From Spirochaetia bacterium (GTDB taxonomy: Bacteria; Spirochaetota; Spirochaetia; UBA9216), in NCBI GenBank assembly GCA_963677925.2, contig CAXXYH010000004.1, positions 704,001 to 768,000 of the forward strand: a DNA stretch of 64,000 nucleotides, given 5' to 3'. The notes beneath the pieces were generated by a model. It was not told the DNA's origin, did no database searches, and was given only the letters and a program-made list of their open reading frames with translations. Both the position numbers and the translations under genes were made by a program. Positions 46,171-56,728 of the stretch are shown here, piece after piece (positions within the stretch are counted from its first letter, which is position 1; every line of letters begins with the position of its first letter).

Positions 46171-48816
46171 TCAGATAGTGAACTCGTTGAGTCCTGCCCT
46201 GAGTTTTCTTTTTATTCCATCTGCCGAATAAACTGCGTCAACGCCGGCAGGTACAATTATGCTGATTCTGCAGCTCTCTCCGTCCTGCTTCCAGCTGCAT
46301 GAAGCTTTACCCCAGGCTGTTCGGATGCTGCAGTCGGCAAATTTAAGGCCGCAGTCTGTTGCCGGAGAGAATTCAATGCTTTTATAACCGTGTGCTGCAA
46401 TTTTTATTCCGCCGATGACTGTGTAGAGGAAGCTTCCGACGCTCCCAAGTGCATAGTGATTGAAAGAAGAGGGCATTACACTGCCATCGGGTCTTACCGC
46501 TTCCCAGTTTTCCCAGATAGTTGTGGCACCGTGTTCAACCATATAGAGCCAGGAAGGGCTTTCCGTCTGGAAAAGCAGTCCGAAAGCTGTTTTTTTGTGT
46601 CCGTGTTTATACAGGATATCAAGGAGGTGTGGTGTTGATACAAAACCGGTGTCCAGCCGTCCGCCGTTTTCTTCTATCAGACAGACCAGCCGCTCTGCCA
46701 TCCGGTTCTGCAGCCCGGGAGTTCCGATTCCTGCCTGAAGGGCCATTACGTAGAGTCCCTGAAGATCTCCTTTGACTATTCCTTCGCTGCTGATATATGT
46801 TTCTTCAACAGCTTTTTTTACAAGTGAAAGTCTTTCTGAAGTTTTTTCAAGCTCCGCATTCAGGCCGCTGCTCTCCTGTCCGGCGGATATTAATGTCTGC
46901 AGAATAACTGACCAGGCTTCAAGAGTTATAGCATGGTAGCAGCTTGCAACAACATCTTTAGTGGCTTCGCTTGCCGCAAAAACTCCGCCTTCCTTCTGCA
47001 CAAAGCTCGGGATAAACCAGTCTCCGAAATGAAAGCCTGTGTTAAACAGAAATTCATTCCACTTCTTTTCAGCCGCTGTACGATCTGAAAGATCTTCCGG
47101 TTTTTCCAGGCATTTAAGTGTTACCCAGTTTATCCAGCCTTTCATCATTTCAAAATTGTCCGTTAGGATGCTGATGTTTCCGTAGCTGCGGTATATTTCA
47201 AGCGGAACGAGTATGCAGGCATCACTCCATGCAGATGAAGAGCTGCCGCCCATGGCTTTCTGGTTTTTTTCCTGTACCGGGTAGTTGGGTACTACAACCG
47301 GAATTTCGCCGCTTTCAAACTGTTCGAGTCTCATGTTTGAAAGCCATGAAGAAAGGAAGCTTTCAAGGCTGTAATTGAAGCAGCCGGTCGGTGCAAAATC
47401 AAGTATGTCTCCGGTCCAGCCGGCTTTTTCCCTCTGTGGACAGTCTGTCGGAACAGAGAACATGTTGGCTCTGGTGCTCTGCTGTATGTTATGCTGCAGC
47501 CGGTTAAGTCTCCTGTCAGAGCAGGAAAAATATCCCCTCTGCTCAAGCTCGGTTCCCATGGCCAGTGCTTTTATGCTTATTATCTGCTCTTTTGAAACTC
47601 CGCTTATTCTCACAAACCTGAAACCGTGATAGGTAAAATCAGGGCGAAATCGTGTTTCTCCGCTGCAGCAGATACACACATCACGCTGATCCTTGTTCCG
47701 ACCCAGAATGTTTCGCAGAAAATTTCCGTCCCGATCAAGGACTTCGCAATAATCAAGAGTTACCTCTGTTCCTTCGGGGGCAGATACAGTTATGTCTGTA
47801 ATTCCGGCAATTACCTGCCCGAAATCAGCAATAAGTTCCCCTGCGGGGGAAACAAAAAATTCAGGATTATATTCGTTATAAATATGAATCGGTCTCGTCG
47901 GCTGAGCAGTCAGATTATCCTTCGGGTAGTCAGCTTTGAGGCATGGAGACCATGGTCCGGGTTCTGCTGAAAAATCGGTCCGCTGGCCGATAAAAAGATC
48001 CGCATAATCTATGATGCTGCGTCTGCTCTCAAAGCTGGAATCAGAGCCTATACAAACGGTGTTGCCATTTTTTAATGTGATCTCAAGCTGTGCAAGGAGG
48101 CCGAGTCTGTCGCCGTACTGACAGCTGTCGCCGGAGATTCCGATTCGTCCTGCCCACCAGCCGTCGGCTAATGTGAAAAGCAGTTCGTTTTCTCCCTCAA
48201 CGCAGAGATCGCTGATATCAAAACTCTGATAGTAAAGACGGTCGTTATATGGCGATGTTTCGGGCGAAAAGAGATTGTTCTCAAGTCCGCTCCCGTTAAG
48301 TCTGACTCTGTAAATACCGTGAGCTGTTGCATAAAGTCTTGCCGTTTCAATATCTGATTTCAGAAAGAAGTTCTTTTGTATTTCCAGGCAGGGTCTAAGT
48401 CGTGTATGTCCTCCGAAGAACTCGGGTTTCGGGATAAACAGCTCATAAAAAGGGATTTCATTTTCTTTTACGGCCGGTTCCTGCTCCGGTTCTATCCATT
48501 CGGCCAGCCAGTCCGTACCGAGGAAGCCGGTTGCAAACTCTGCAGATGCCCCGTATACAGGCAGCCCGTCTTGAAGAAGTTCAGCGGTAACAGTATATTC
48601 TGTTTTGGGTTGAAGCTCCGCACCGGTACATCTGAAATACGGTGCGAATTCACAGTTCCCGCTCTCCCAGATTGTTGCTCCGTCTGTATCGGTTATATAA
48701 AGACTGCAGTATTCAGTCTTGATAGTTTCATTTTTAAGTATCGAAATATCCGGCTCAGTTGAATCGATTACGCATCTTTCATCAAAGCCGTTAACGCGAA
48801 GTTCTATTTTTTTCAT
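46171..48816 (-). CDS. GH78 alpha-L-rhamnosidase
   Basis: ADFGQ, FTYHGFR, PTDCPQREKAGWTGD, HFGDW, GATTIWE, SFNHYALG. Confidence 0.93.
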   Translation of the reverse strand: MKKIELRVNGFDERCVIDSTEPDISILKNETIKTEYCSLYITDTDGATIWESGNCEFAPYFRCTGAELQPKTEYTVTAELLQDGLPVYGASAEFATGFLGTDWLAEWIEPEQEPAVKENEIPFYELFIPKPEFFGGHTRLRPCLEIQKNFFLKSDIETARLYATAHGIYRVRLNGSGLENNLFSPETSPYNDRLYYQSFDISDLCVEGENELLFTLADGWWAGRIGISGDSCQYGDRLGLLAQLEITLKNGNTVCIGSDSSFESRRSIIDYADLFIGQRTDFSAEPGPWSPCLKADYPKDNLTAQPTRPIHIYNEYNPEFFVSPAGELIADFGQVIAGITDITVSAPEGTEVTLDYCEVLDRDGNFLRNILGRNKDQRDVCICCSGETRFRPDFTYHGFRFVRISGVSKEQIISIKALAMGTELEQRGYFSCSDRRLNRLQHNIQQSTRANMFSVPTDCPQREKAGWTGDILDFAPTGCFNYSLESFLSSWLSNMRLEQFESGEIPVVVPNYPVQEKNQKAMGGSSSSAWSDACILVPLEIYRSYGNISILTDNFEMMKGWINWVTLKCLEKPEDLSDRTAAEKKWNEFLFNTGFHFGDWFIPSFVQKEGGVFAASEATKDVVASCYHAITLEAWSVILQTLISAGQESSGLNAELEKTSERLSLVKKAVEETYISSEGIVKGDLQGLYVMALQAGIGTPGLQNRMAERLVCLIEENGGRLDTGFVSTPHLLDILYKHGHKKTAFGLLFQTESPSWLYMVEHGATTIWENWEAVRPDGSVMPSSFNHYALGSVGSFLYTVIGGIKIAAHGYKSIEFSPATDCGLKFADCSIRTAWGKASCSWKQDGESCRISIIVPAGVDAVYSADGIKRKLRAGLNEFTI

Positions 48817-49829
48817 TATGATTCTTTTTTCTGAAGTTCCCTGAGCGCAGACGCCTTCTTGTTACGGTACAGCCTGTTAAGTTCCAGTTTGAAGCTGTTT
48901 GAAATATAAACGAGGAAAAGAAGTACAATTGCTCCGTCGATTACTGTTTTCATCGAGCTGGAGACGCCCATGTTTACAATTCCTGATGATATGGTTGCCT
49001 GAATAAATGCTCCGATTATTACACCGGTGTTTCGGTCTGAATACCTTGCAAGCGCTCCCCCTATGAATACCGGAAGGAAGGCTCCCATCATGAAAGAAGA
49101 ACTGGAGAGTCCTGTCTGTGGAGCAATGTAGCCGTATTGTGACATATACACTGCACCTGCACATGCAAGCAGACCGCCTGCAATGACATAAGCGATCACT
49201 GCATTTTTATTTTCATTTATTCCGACATCCACAGCATTTTTCTGCCCGGTCTGAAGAGCTGCGCTGTCATAGCCGAATTTTGTGAGATTTAGAATATATA
49301 TCAGGATTAACAGTACAACTGCCATAAGGATGAGGCTGTAGGGCGGTCTTGCCCAGATGAGCATGTCAAAACGTCCAATAAGCCTGATGCCGTTTCCGCC
49401 GTTGAGGCTGAACCCTATTGCTTCGTAAATCATTGTTACACCGAGAGAGGTGACCATGGCCGGCAGTCTCAGTGTAATATAAAGCAGGCCGGAAACCAGT
49501 CCGCAGAGCAGGCCGAATCCGACGACTATAAGCACAAAAACAACCGGATTTGCATGAACAGCCTTTGCGACTGTTCCTCCTGCAATAAGAGACAGAATCA
49601 GTACAGAACCTACAGAAAAATCAAGCCGTCCCGAAGTCAGGTTGTAGGACATGGCCAGTGCGATAAAGCCTGAAAAGACCATGTTGTAAAGGATGGTCAT
49701 GAAGTCTGCACCTACGCCGAAGCCTTCGTGTCCGGTCAATCTTGTCAGGACAAAGAAAAACAGGTAGACAATCACGGGTGGAAGTAAAGTAACTAAAATA
49801 TTCTTTGCTGTTCTGTTTTGAAACTGCAT
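48816..49829 (-). CDS. Sugar ABC transporter permease
   Basis: LDFSVG, LPAMVTSLG, multi-TM CUT2 type. Confidence 0.87.
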   Translation of the reverse strand: MQFQNRTAKNILVTLLPPVIVYLFFFVLTRLTGHEGFGVGADFMTILYNMVFSGFIALAMSYNLTSGRLDFSVGSVLILSLIAGGTVAKAVHANPVVFVLIVVGFGLLCGLVSGLLYITLRLPAMVTSLGVTMIYEAIGFSLNGGNGIRLIGRFDMLIWARPPYSLILMAVVLLILIYILNLTKFGYDSAALQTGQKNAVDVGINENKNAVIAYVIAGGLLACAGAVYMSQYGYIAPQTGLSSSSFMMGAFLPVFIGGALARYSDRNTGVIIGAFIQATISSGIVNMGVSSSMKTVIDGAIVLLFLVYISNSFKLELNRLYRNKKASALRELQKKES

Positions 49830-49848
49830 TTTAATCCTCGGTATTTAC

Positions 49849-49879
49849 CAACTGCCCGGATTGTTCAGCCGGGCAGTTG
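49849..49879 (-). terminator. Intra-operon hairpin after the binding-protein gene (stabiliser or partial terminator)
   Basis: 11-bp stem CAACTGCCCGG/CCGGGCAGTTG. Confidence 0.6.
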
Positions 49880-49889
49880 ATTTTTTAGT

Positions 49890-51086
49890 TTAGTTTCCGC
49901 GTCTGGCCTTAACTTCATCAGCTGAGACTGCTGAATAAAGAGCGCTCATGTCACTGACTGTTAAATCAGGATTGAAGGCCACAATCATGCTTTTAATATC
50001 ATCGATGTTGAAAGTCCATTCGCCGCCTTTTCGGTCAACACTTGCGAAGTATGCAAGGTCATCTGCATTTGTAATGACCCTGTTCTTAACTGCTACTCTT
50101 GGCGCTGTTCCGTCGGCGTTTCTCTGCTGGGCGCCGTTTCCATCGACAGCGTTAATTATCATCGGTATGGACATTCCGAAAGTTCCCGAGATTTCTGTAC
50201 AGATACCTACGTAGAACCCGGCGTGGAAGAGTCCTACTATATCTTCTGATACGCCCTCACCGATAGCTGCAACTTTGATTTTTCCGAATTTACCGGAGTT
50301 CTGCATCGGCTGAATCCACATCAGGGCGGTCAGTGTTCCGGCAAGACCGTCGGCATCTGTCTGAAGAGCGTTCGCCTGATGTGCGGCAAAGGCTTCAGTT
50401 CCGGGCCATCCGGGAACTTCATAAACCATTTCAATATCGTAACCGCCGGCTTTTGCTTCCTTTATTCCGTCCATGATTCCGTTGTAGCGCTGTACGAAGA
50501 AGTCAACTCCGTAGTCCTTTCCGCCGCTCATCACAATAATTTTATGTGCTCCGGCATCGACAAGAGCCTTTGTTGTTGCTTTTCCAAACTCATAACTTTC
50601 ATTACCAGAGAAGTGTCCGCCCAGGTAGTATTCGTTGTTTTTAACAGGCTCGTATGTAGGATCATTCATTGCTTCGCCCCAGTAGTACATACCCAGTGAA
50701 GCTGCAAGCTTTACGGACTCGTCGCGGCCCTCGTTATAGTAACCGATGATAGCCTTGCATCCCGCGGCTGCGCACTGTTCAATGAAGGCAAATTCAGCTT
50801 CGGCGCTGTCCAGTGATTCGGACCATATTATATCGAAGTTAAAGTACTGCTGCAGATATTCAAAATAGGTTTTAATGTCCAGGACCTGCTGCGCTGTTGT
50901 GTCGTAGTTTACAAAACCGATTTTGATTTTTTCTGCCGGATATTTCCCGTCTTTTGAAAGTTCTACACCAGAAGGTACATTGTTCTGTAATGATTCTCCT
51001 GAAGCCTTGTCAGCCTGTCCTCCTGCGAAAACCGCTGCTGCGGTGAAGATTAGAAGCAGACAGATTGAAAAAATTCTCTTTTTCAT
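49890..51086 (-). CDS. Sugar/glycoside ABC substrate-binding protein
   Basis: Signal peptide ending VFAGG; periplasmic-binding-protein-like sequence; located between two permease genes; GGAGG RBS. Confidence 0.75.
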   Translation of the reverse strand: MKKRIFSICLLLIFTAAAVFAGGQADKASGESLQNNVPSGVELSKDGKYPAEKIKIGFVNYDTTAQQVLDIKTYFEYLQQYFNFDIIWSESLDSAEAEFAFIEQCAAAGCKAIIGYYNEGRDESVKLAASLGMYYWGEAMNDPTYEPVKNNEYYLGGHFSGNESYEFGKATTKALVDAGAHKIIVMSGGKDYGVDFFVQRYNGIMDGIKEAKAGGYDIEMVYEVPGWPGTEAFAAHQANALQTDADGLAGTLTALMWIQPMQNSGKFGKIKVAAIGEGVSEDIVGLFHAGFYVGICTEISGTFGMSIPMIINAVDGNGAQQRNADGTAPRVAVKNRVITNADDLAYFASVDRKGGEWTFNIDDIKSMIVAFNPDLTVSDMSALYSAVSADEVKARRGN

Positions 51087-51121
51087 ACTCATTCCTCCAT
51101 TTTTAATCGAGCATGTATATA

Positions 51122-52081
51122 TCATCTGGGCAGTAGTCTTGTCCGGTATGTCATACTTGCGATGTAGACTATTGCCATAAATATGATAGCCCTGCTAATC
51201 TGCACAGCGGCAAGTCCGAAGCCCATCATTGTAAGCCCGGCATTAAGAACCGCTATGGTAGCTGCGCCTATAAGCCCTGCGGATATCCTGCTTCGGGGGC
51301 CACCGCTTAGCGGCATTCCGCCGAGAACCAGTGCAACAAGAATATTCATTCCGAGTGAGCCGGCTGTTGTTGTTCCTACAGTCCTTGTCCGTATGAGCAG
51401 AACAAATGCTGCAAGACCGGCTCCGGCTGCCGCGATAAGAAATACGGTTATTTTAATTCGTGTAACATTCATTCCCGACTGTTTTGCTGTTACCTGGTTT
51501 CCTCCGAGGATTCTGACTTCAAGGCCAAGCTGGGTATATTTGAAAAGAATCAATGAAAGCAGAAAATAGGCGCCCAGTACTGTAATGTTGATAACTGATA
51601 GCTGACCGTAGGTGAAAGCAGGAATCTCTTTTACTGCCTCATTAAGGTAGATGGTTGCATCATCACCCATAATTACGAGGACAACAGATGAAATCATAAA
51701 ACCCATAACAATGGTTACAATAAAAAGCGGAACATCGACAAAGGCTGCGAATATTCCTTTTATGAGTCCCAGCCCCAGTGATACGGCCAATGCGGTTATG
51801 AATGCGACAAACAGATTTCCTGTTGCAATTGCTGCGTATCCGGCCAGAACGGCACTGAGTGTTACACATCCTCCGATTGACAGATCAAAGTTTCCGGAGC
51901 CGAAAACAAATACCGCCCCTAGTGAAACAAGTGATGTAGTAATAATCTGATTCAGAAGGCTCTGCAGGCTTATCCTGCTGAGCAGTGCCCCGCCTGTTGT
52001 GATTGTGAATATCAGGACTACAAGGACAAATCCCAGCAGTGGAAAGAAGTTTTTAATCCGATCCCAGTTCTGTATTTTCAT
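51122..52081 (-). CDS. Sugar ABC transporter permease
   Basis: FDLSIG, VPLFIVT, LVLGGMPLSGG. Confidence 0.87.
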   Translation of the reverse strand: MKIQNWDRIKNFFPLLGFVLVVLIFTITTGGALLSRISLQSLLNQIITTSLVSLGAVFVFGSGNFDLSIGGCVTLSAVLAGYAAIATGNLFVAFITALAVSLGLGLIKGIFAAFVDVPLFIVTIVMGFMISSVVLVIMGDDATIYLNEAVKEIPAFTYGQLSVINITVLGAYFLLSLILFKYTQLGLEVRILGGNQVTAKQSGMNVTRIKITVFLIAAAGAGLAAFVLLIRTRTVGTTTAGSLGMNILVALVLGGMPLSGGPRSRISAGLIGAATIAVLNAGLTMMGFGLAAVQISRAIIFMAIVYIASMTYRTRLLPR

Positions 52082-52091
52082 ATTCTCCGCC

Positions 52092-53615
52092 TTAAATCAT
52101 GCATTCAACAATGTCCTGCTCGGACAGTTCCGGGCTCCGCTCGAATTTACCCGCAAGCCTTCCGTCTTTCAGGATCAGAAGTCTGTCCGACATTCCGATC
52201 AGCTCGGTGAGTTCTTCAGATATCATCACGATAGCCTTGCCTTCGTTTTTCATGTTCTCAATAAGTTCATACATTGCCGCTTTTACACCGACATCCACTC
52301 CGCGGGTCGGACAGTCAAGTATCAGGATGTCGCAGTCTCTGCCGACCCACTTGCCGAAAACCACCTTCTGCTTGTTTCCGCCGGAGAGATATTGAACATT
52401 CTGATCAATTGAAGCGCATTTTATAGAAAGGTTTTTGATCTGTGTGTTTACGTATTCATGTTCTTTTTTAGGGAGGATAAAGGGTCCGCTTCTAACCTTG
52501 TCGATTCCGGCAGCAGCTATGTTGTCTGAAATTGAAGCTGCAAGGACAAGGGCTTCCTTGTCCCTGTCTTTTGAGACGTAACCCATGGAGTGCCTGAGTG
52601 CGGTTTTTGCACTGTTTATTAAATCACCGCTTGGTATATGAGTGACTTTTCCGGTAAGAAGCTTTTCCTCGCCGAAGAGAACTTTTCCAAGTTCATGCAT
52701 ACCGCAGTGTGAAAGTCCGCCTATTCCCACTATTTCGCCTCGATGAAGCTTCATTGAAAAGTTCATCAGCAAGCCTGACGCCGAAGTTACGCCATCGGCT
52801 TCAAGAAATACTTCATCCGAGCTTCTGCCGTTAAAATCTTCACGGTAATATTTATCACCCATCTCTCTGCCGACCATATGTCTTTTTATTATGGTTGTGT
52901 CAAATTTGTTTTTATCGAGCGTAGTAATCAGGTTTCCGTCACGCAGCACCGTCAGTGTATCGCAGACTTCCATAAGCTCATCAAGGTCGTGAGAAATGAA
53001 AATGACAGCTTTTCCTTCGTCACGCATCCTGTTCATTATTCCGTAGGTTATCTCTCTGCCGTGATGAGAAAGGGCGGTGGTTGTTTCATCAACCACAAGA
53101 ACATCAGGGTTATTAATCATCACTCTTGCAATCTCAATAAGTTTTCTGTCCTGCAGATCAAGGCTGTCTATGTACAGCGAGGGGTCTACCTTGTCCAGAC
53201 CGATCTTTTCAAGAGCCTCTGCTGCGGCCCGGAACATTGCTTTTCTGTTGATGATGCCGAATTTTCTGAAACGGTTTTCTTCGCCAAGGAATATGTTCTG
53301 TGCAATTGTAATTCCTGATACATAACCCTGTTCCTGCACTATCATTCCAATTCCGGAGGCGCTTCCCTCTATCATGGTTTTTGGTGCATGGGGCTGCCCT
53401 TTATACAGTATTTCGCCTTGAGTAGCAGGCTGCATTCCGGCTATTATTGATGTGATAGTTGATTTTCCGGAGCCGTTTTCTCCGATAAGTCCGGTTATCT
53501 GCCCGTTGTAAATTTTGAGATTTACCATATTAAGAGCTGTGGTAGGGCCGAAAACCTTACAAAGGTCAATGGTTTCGACGACAGGATTCGCTCTGTCGAT
53601 GTCTGAACTTCCCAT
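52092..53615 (-). CDS. Sugar ABC transporter ATP-binding protein
   Basis: GENGSGKST, VDETT, LSGGNKQK, DCPTRGVDVG. Confidence 0.92.
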   Translation of the reverse strand: MGSSDIDRANPVVETIDLCKVFGPTTALNMVNLKIYNGQITGLIGENGSGKSTITSIIAGMQPATQGEILYKGQPHAPKTMIEGSASGIGMIVQEQGYVSGITIAQNIFLGEENRFRKFGIINRKAMFRAAAEALEKIGLDKVDPSLYIDSLDLQDRKLIEIARVMINNPDVLVVDETTTALSHHGREITYGIMNRMRDEGKAVIFISHDLDELMEVCDTLTVLRDGNLITTLDKNKFDTTIIKRHMVGREMGDKYYREDFNGRSSDEVFLEADGVTSASGLLMNFSMKLHRGEIVGIGGLSHCGMHELGKVLFGEEKLLTGKVTHIPSGDLINSAKTALRHSMGYVSKDRDKEALVLAASISDNIAAAGIDKVRSGPFILPKKEHEYVNTQIKNLSIKCASIDQNVQYLSGGNKQKVVFGKWVGRDCDILILDCPTRGVDVGVKAAMYELIENMKNEGKAIVMISEELTELIGMSDRLLILKDGRLAGKFERSPELSEQDIVECMI

Positions 53616-53778
53616 ATCTTCTCCATGCAGTTAATTAAATGCAAATAAGAATGTGTTTGTTTCTGAATCTGCGTTAAGTATAGACGATCACGAGCTTGAG
53701 TCAAATGTTTCATCTTTACAAGAATCCGACTTTTTTTGTTGTCTGTTTGGAAAACCTGTAATAAAATTAATCAGACAT

Positions 53779-54918
53779 ATGAGTATTTCTGTAAAATCAA
53801 CCAGATATGCAACTCCCGGAATGGTTCAGGATGCAGCTGAAAAGCTCTATCTGAATACCGGTGTACGGGTTACCTTTCCCAAGGCGCTTGAGTATCTCAG
53901 ACGAACAGATAAACTTCCTAATGTTTCTCCGACGATGCCTGACTTTCCTGACAGCCCTACCTGGAGGGAATTTGATGATTTGATTCTAAGTCTGCCCTTT
54001 AATGCAGATCAGATTATGGAAACAGACCGAAAACTCCACGGAGACGGAACACTGCAGGAGGCAGGAATTTTCCCCTCAGAGAAGGATGTTTTCTGTTTTA
54101 AACATCTTCCCTACATGAATCATACCCAGCACTGCCACGATTATTTTGAAATTACATACCTGTATCACGGTTCGTGCACAATGCTTTTTGAGAATCAGAG
54201 GTTTCAGCTGAGTGAGGGAGAGCTCTGCATCATTCCGCCCATGTCGCCGCATAACCAGCCTATTGAAAAAGATTCGATAGCACTTGGTATTGTCGTGAGG
54301 AAGACGACATTCAATTCAATTTTCGGTGAATTGCTGACCCACAAGGATCTGCTGTCGACTTTTTTCAGAAACTCGCTATATGAATCCAACCAGACAAATT
54401 ATCTGATTCTGAAAACTGAACCGGTTGCCCAGCTTCGTGATATTATTCATCAGCTCGCATATGAATGCAGTGTGCACGGACCATATGCAAATGCAATAAG
54501 CATCAGTCTGTTTAATCTCTTTCTGGCTCACACCCTAAGAAGATATCGTGATAATATTACCATCTACCGGATGGAGGATTTAGCCCGGAGATCTCAGGAC
54601 TTTCCGATGATCCTTCAGTATATTCAGCAGAATTACAAAACGGTGACATTGTCTTCACTGGCGGATGTTTTCCATTACTCAGAATCGCATATCTGCAGGT
54701 TAATACAGAAAAACCTGAATCAGAATTTTACAGCGGTTGTCAGAAAGCTGAAGATGGCCCGGGCAAAGGATTATATGGAAAATACATCATTGAAGGTTTC
54801 CGAAGTTACCGACCTGGTCGGATATGAGTCGGTCGATCACTTCTCAAGGACCTTCAAGAAAACTTACGGAGCCGCGCCTCTCGAATACAGAAAAAAACAC
54901 AGGATGGAAAATACATAA
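53779..54918 (+). CDS. AraC-family transcriptional regulator
   Basis: Cupin HCHDYFEI; C-terminal HTH VGYESVDHFSRTFKK; divergent from the glycoside operon; probable start 53779. Confidence 0.9.
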   Translation: MSISVKSTRYATPGMVQDAAEKLYLNTGVRVTFPKALEYLRRTDKLPNVSPTMPDFPDSPTWREFDDLILSLPFNADQIMETDRKLHGDGTLQEAGIFPSEKDVFCFKHLPYMNHTQHCHDYFEITYLYHGSCTMLFENQRFQLSEGELCIIPPMSPHNQPIEKDSIALGIVVRKTTFNSIFGELLTHKDLLSTFFRNSLYESNQTNYLILKTEPVAQLRDIIHQLAYECSVHGPYANAISISLFNLFLAHTLRRYRDNITIYRMEDLARRSQDFPMILQYIQQNYKTVTLSSLADVFHYSESHICRLIQKNLNQNFTAVVRKLKMARAKDYMENTSLKVSEVTDLVGYESVDHFSRTFKKTYGAAPLEYRKKHRMENT

Positions 54919-56180
54919 TGGGAAAATCATCAGATATCACTAAAGATCTTCAGTACTGGAAGTTCTCTTTTTACGGCTTTCTAAAAAACCTTCAGTTTTT
55001 TGATCCCTTTTTAATTCTGTTTTTCAGGGAAATGGGCATCAGTTTTCTGGAGATTGGAATCTTATACTCGGTTCGTGAGATTGTAACAAATATCACTGAA
55101 ATTCCCACCGGTGTAATAGCCGATACCCTCGGCAGGCGGACAGCCATGATTCTGGCCTTTGTTTCCTATATAGGCAGTTTTCTGATATTTTACTTTTTCC
55201 CGTCCTACTATCTGTATATAGCCGCGATGATTCTGTTTGCTCTGGGAGAGAGTTTCCGTTCAGGTACCCACAAGGCCATGATTATGGAATACCTTAAACT
55301 TAATGACATGACAAAGCAGAAGGTTGCCTATTACGGACATACCCGGGGCTGGGCTCAGCTTGGCTCGGCTGTATCTGCTGTTATTTCTGCGGTGCTTGTC
55401 TTTTTTACCGGCAGTTTCAGGGCTGTTTTTCTGTGGAGTATTATTCCCTATGTCCTGGGAGCTCTGCTTATTTTTTCATATCCCAGGAATCTGGATTTCT
55501 CCTGTGATGAAGATGATGGATGCCGGGATGATGCTAAACCCGGCTGGAAGGATGTGGTCAAAACACTTAAAGATTTTATCGGGCTTTTTACCGACGCATC
55601 AATAAGACGGGCCCTGCTCAATTCGAGCCTTTTTGACGCTGTATTCAAATCTGTTAAGGATTATGTTCAGCCGGTGCTTAAGACCCTGGCCCTCTCTCTG
55701 CCGCTTCTTGCTGCCCTTGAGGGAAACCAGCGCGTAGCGGTTGTTTCGGGTATTGTGTATTTTCTGCTTTATCTGCTGACCAGCTACGCAAGCAGTCATG
55801 CCTCGGCCTTCCATTCAATGTTCAAGTCGGAAACGACCGGTCTCAACCTTACCTTTATTTTCAGTATTATCCTGATTGCCGGTATTTCCGGTTTTCTCTG
55901 GGCCGGGCTGAATGTGCCTGCGGTTATTCTGTTTATAGTTTTCTACCTGCTTGAGAATGTAAGAAGACCGGCAACCCTGGGATACATCAGCGATCACATT
56001 AAGGGGTCGGTCATGGCGACCGGGCTCTCAGGGGAAAGTCAGCTTAAGACCCTCTTTGTAGCAATAATAGCACCCCTCTTCGGTTTTACGATTGACCGCC
56101 TTGGACTGGGCGGAGCTATGATCTTTTTGGCCCTTCTACCGGCATTTGCCTACGGCTTTGTGCGCTTCAGGAAAAAATAA
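54918..56180 (+). CDS. MFS transporter
   Basis: About 12 TMs; EIPTGVIADTLGRR (motif A), FRSGT. Confidence 0.88.
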   Translation: MGKSSDITKDLQYWKFSFYGFLKNLQFFDPFLILFFREMGISFLEIGILYSVREIVTNITEIPTGVIADTLGRRTAMILAFVSYIGSFLIFYFFPSYYLYIAAMILFALGESFRSGTHKAMIMEYLKLNDMTKQKVAYYGHTRGWAQLGSAVSAVISAVLVFFTGSFRAVFLWSIIPYVLGALLIFSYPRNLDFSCDEDDGCRDDAKPGWKDVVKTLKDFIGLFTDASIRRALLNSSLFDAVFKSVKDYVQPVLKTLALSLPLLAALEGNQRVAVVSGIVYFLLYLLTSYASSHASAFHSMFKSETTGLNLTFIFSIILIAGISGFLWAGLNVPAVILFIVFYLLENVRRPATLGYISDHIKGSVMATGLSGESQLKTLFVAIIAPLFGFTIDRLGLGGAMIFLALLPAFAYGFVRFRKK

Positions 56181-56239
56181 TTGCGGGAACCAGTTTTATG
56201 AATTAAACTTGAGCAAATTACTACTTTTAGGAGAAACTA

Positions 56240-56581
56240 ATGAAGAAATCACTTGTTGTTTTAATCGTGCTGATTGTAGGTGTGCTTGGATTTACTGGAT
56301 GTTCAATGGGTCTTCCTACTGCGGAAAATCTTGTTGGAACAGTCTGGGAGAATGCTGTGCTTGGAACAGGAGAAAGGGTCACTTTTACTTCACTTACAGA
56401 AGTAAGGGTTTCTACCATCTTAGCTGGAGATGATGTCATTTATTTTGATTATGATTACACATATGATGAAGAGACTTTAACTGGCGTTATTGATTCAGCT
56501 TCTGAGTTTGAAATTTCAGAAGATGGATCAGAGTTAACATACGAAGGAAGCGTATATGACTACTCTGGAACCACTGAATAA
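56240..56581 (+). CDS. Small acidic lipoprotein
   Basis: AGGAG RBS; lipobox FTGC; LVGTVW. Confidence 0.75.
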   Translation: MKKSLVVLIVLIVGVLGFTGCSMGLPTAENLVGTVWENAVLGTGERVTFTSLTEVRVSTILAGDDVIYFDYDYTYDEETLTGVIDSASEFEISEDGSELTYEGSVYDYSGTTE

Positions 56582-56600
56582 ATAGAGCACATACTTTTTC

Positions 56601-56630
56601 AGCCGCTGCGTTTCTGCAGCGGTTTTTTTT
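56601..56630 (+). terminator. Rho-independent terminator
   Basis: CCGCTGC/GCAGCGG stem followed by T8. Confidence 0.85.
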
Positions 56631-56675
56631 ATGTCATTTTGGCTTTATATATAGATATAAAATTACCTATAATCA

Positions 56676-56703
56676 AAATTTCTGGTAATACTACCAGAAA
56701 TTT
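56676..56703. promoter_or_regulatory. Palindromic putative regulator site upstream of the tat promoter
   Basis: AAATTTCTGGTA-ATAC-TACCAGAAATTT, 12-bp perfect arms. Confidence 0.6.
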
Positions 56704-56728
56704 GAATTAGATAAATGTTTATCTATAG

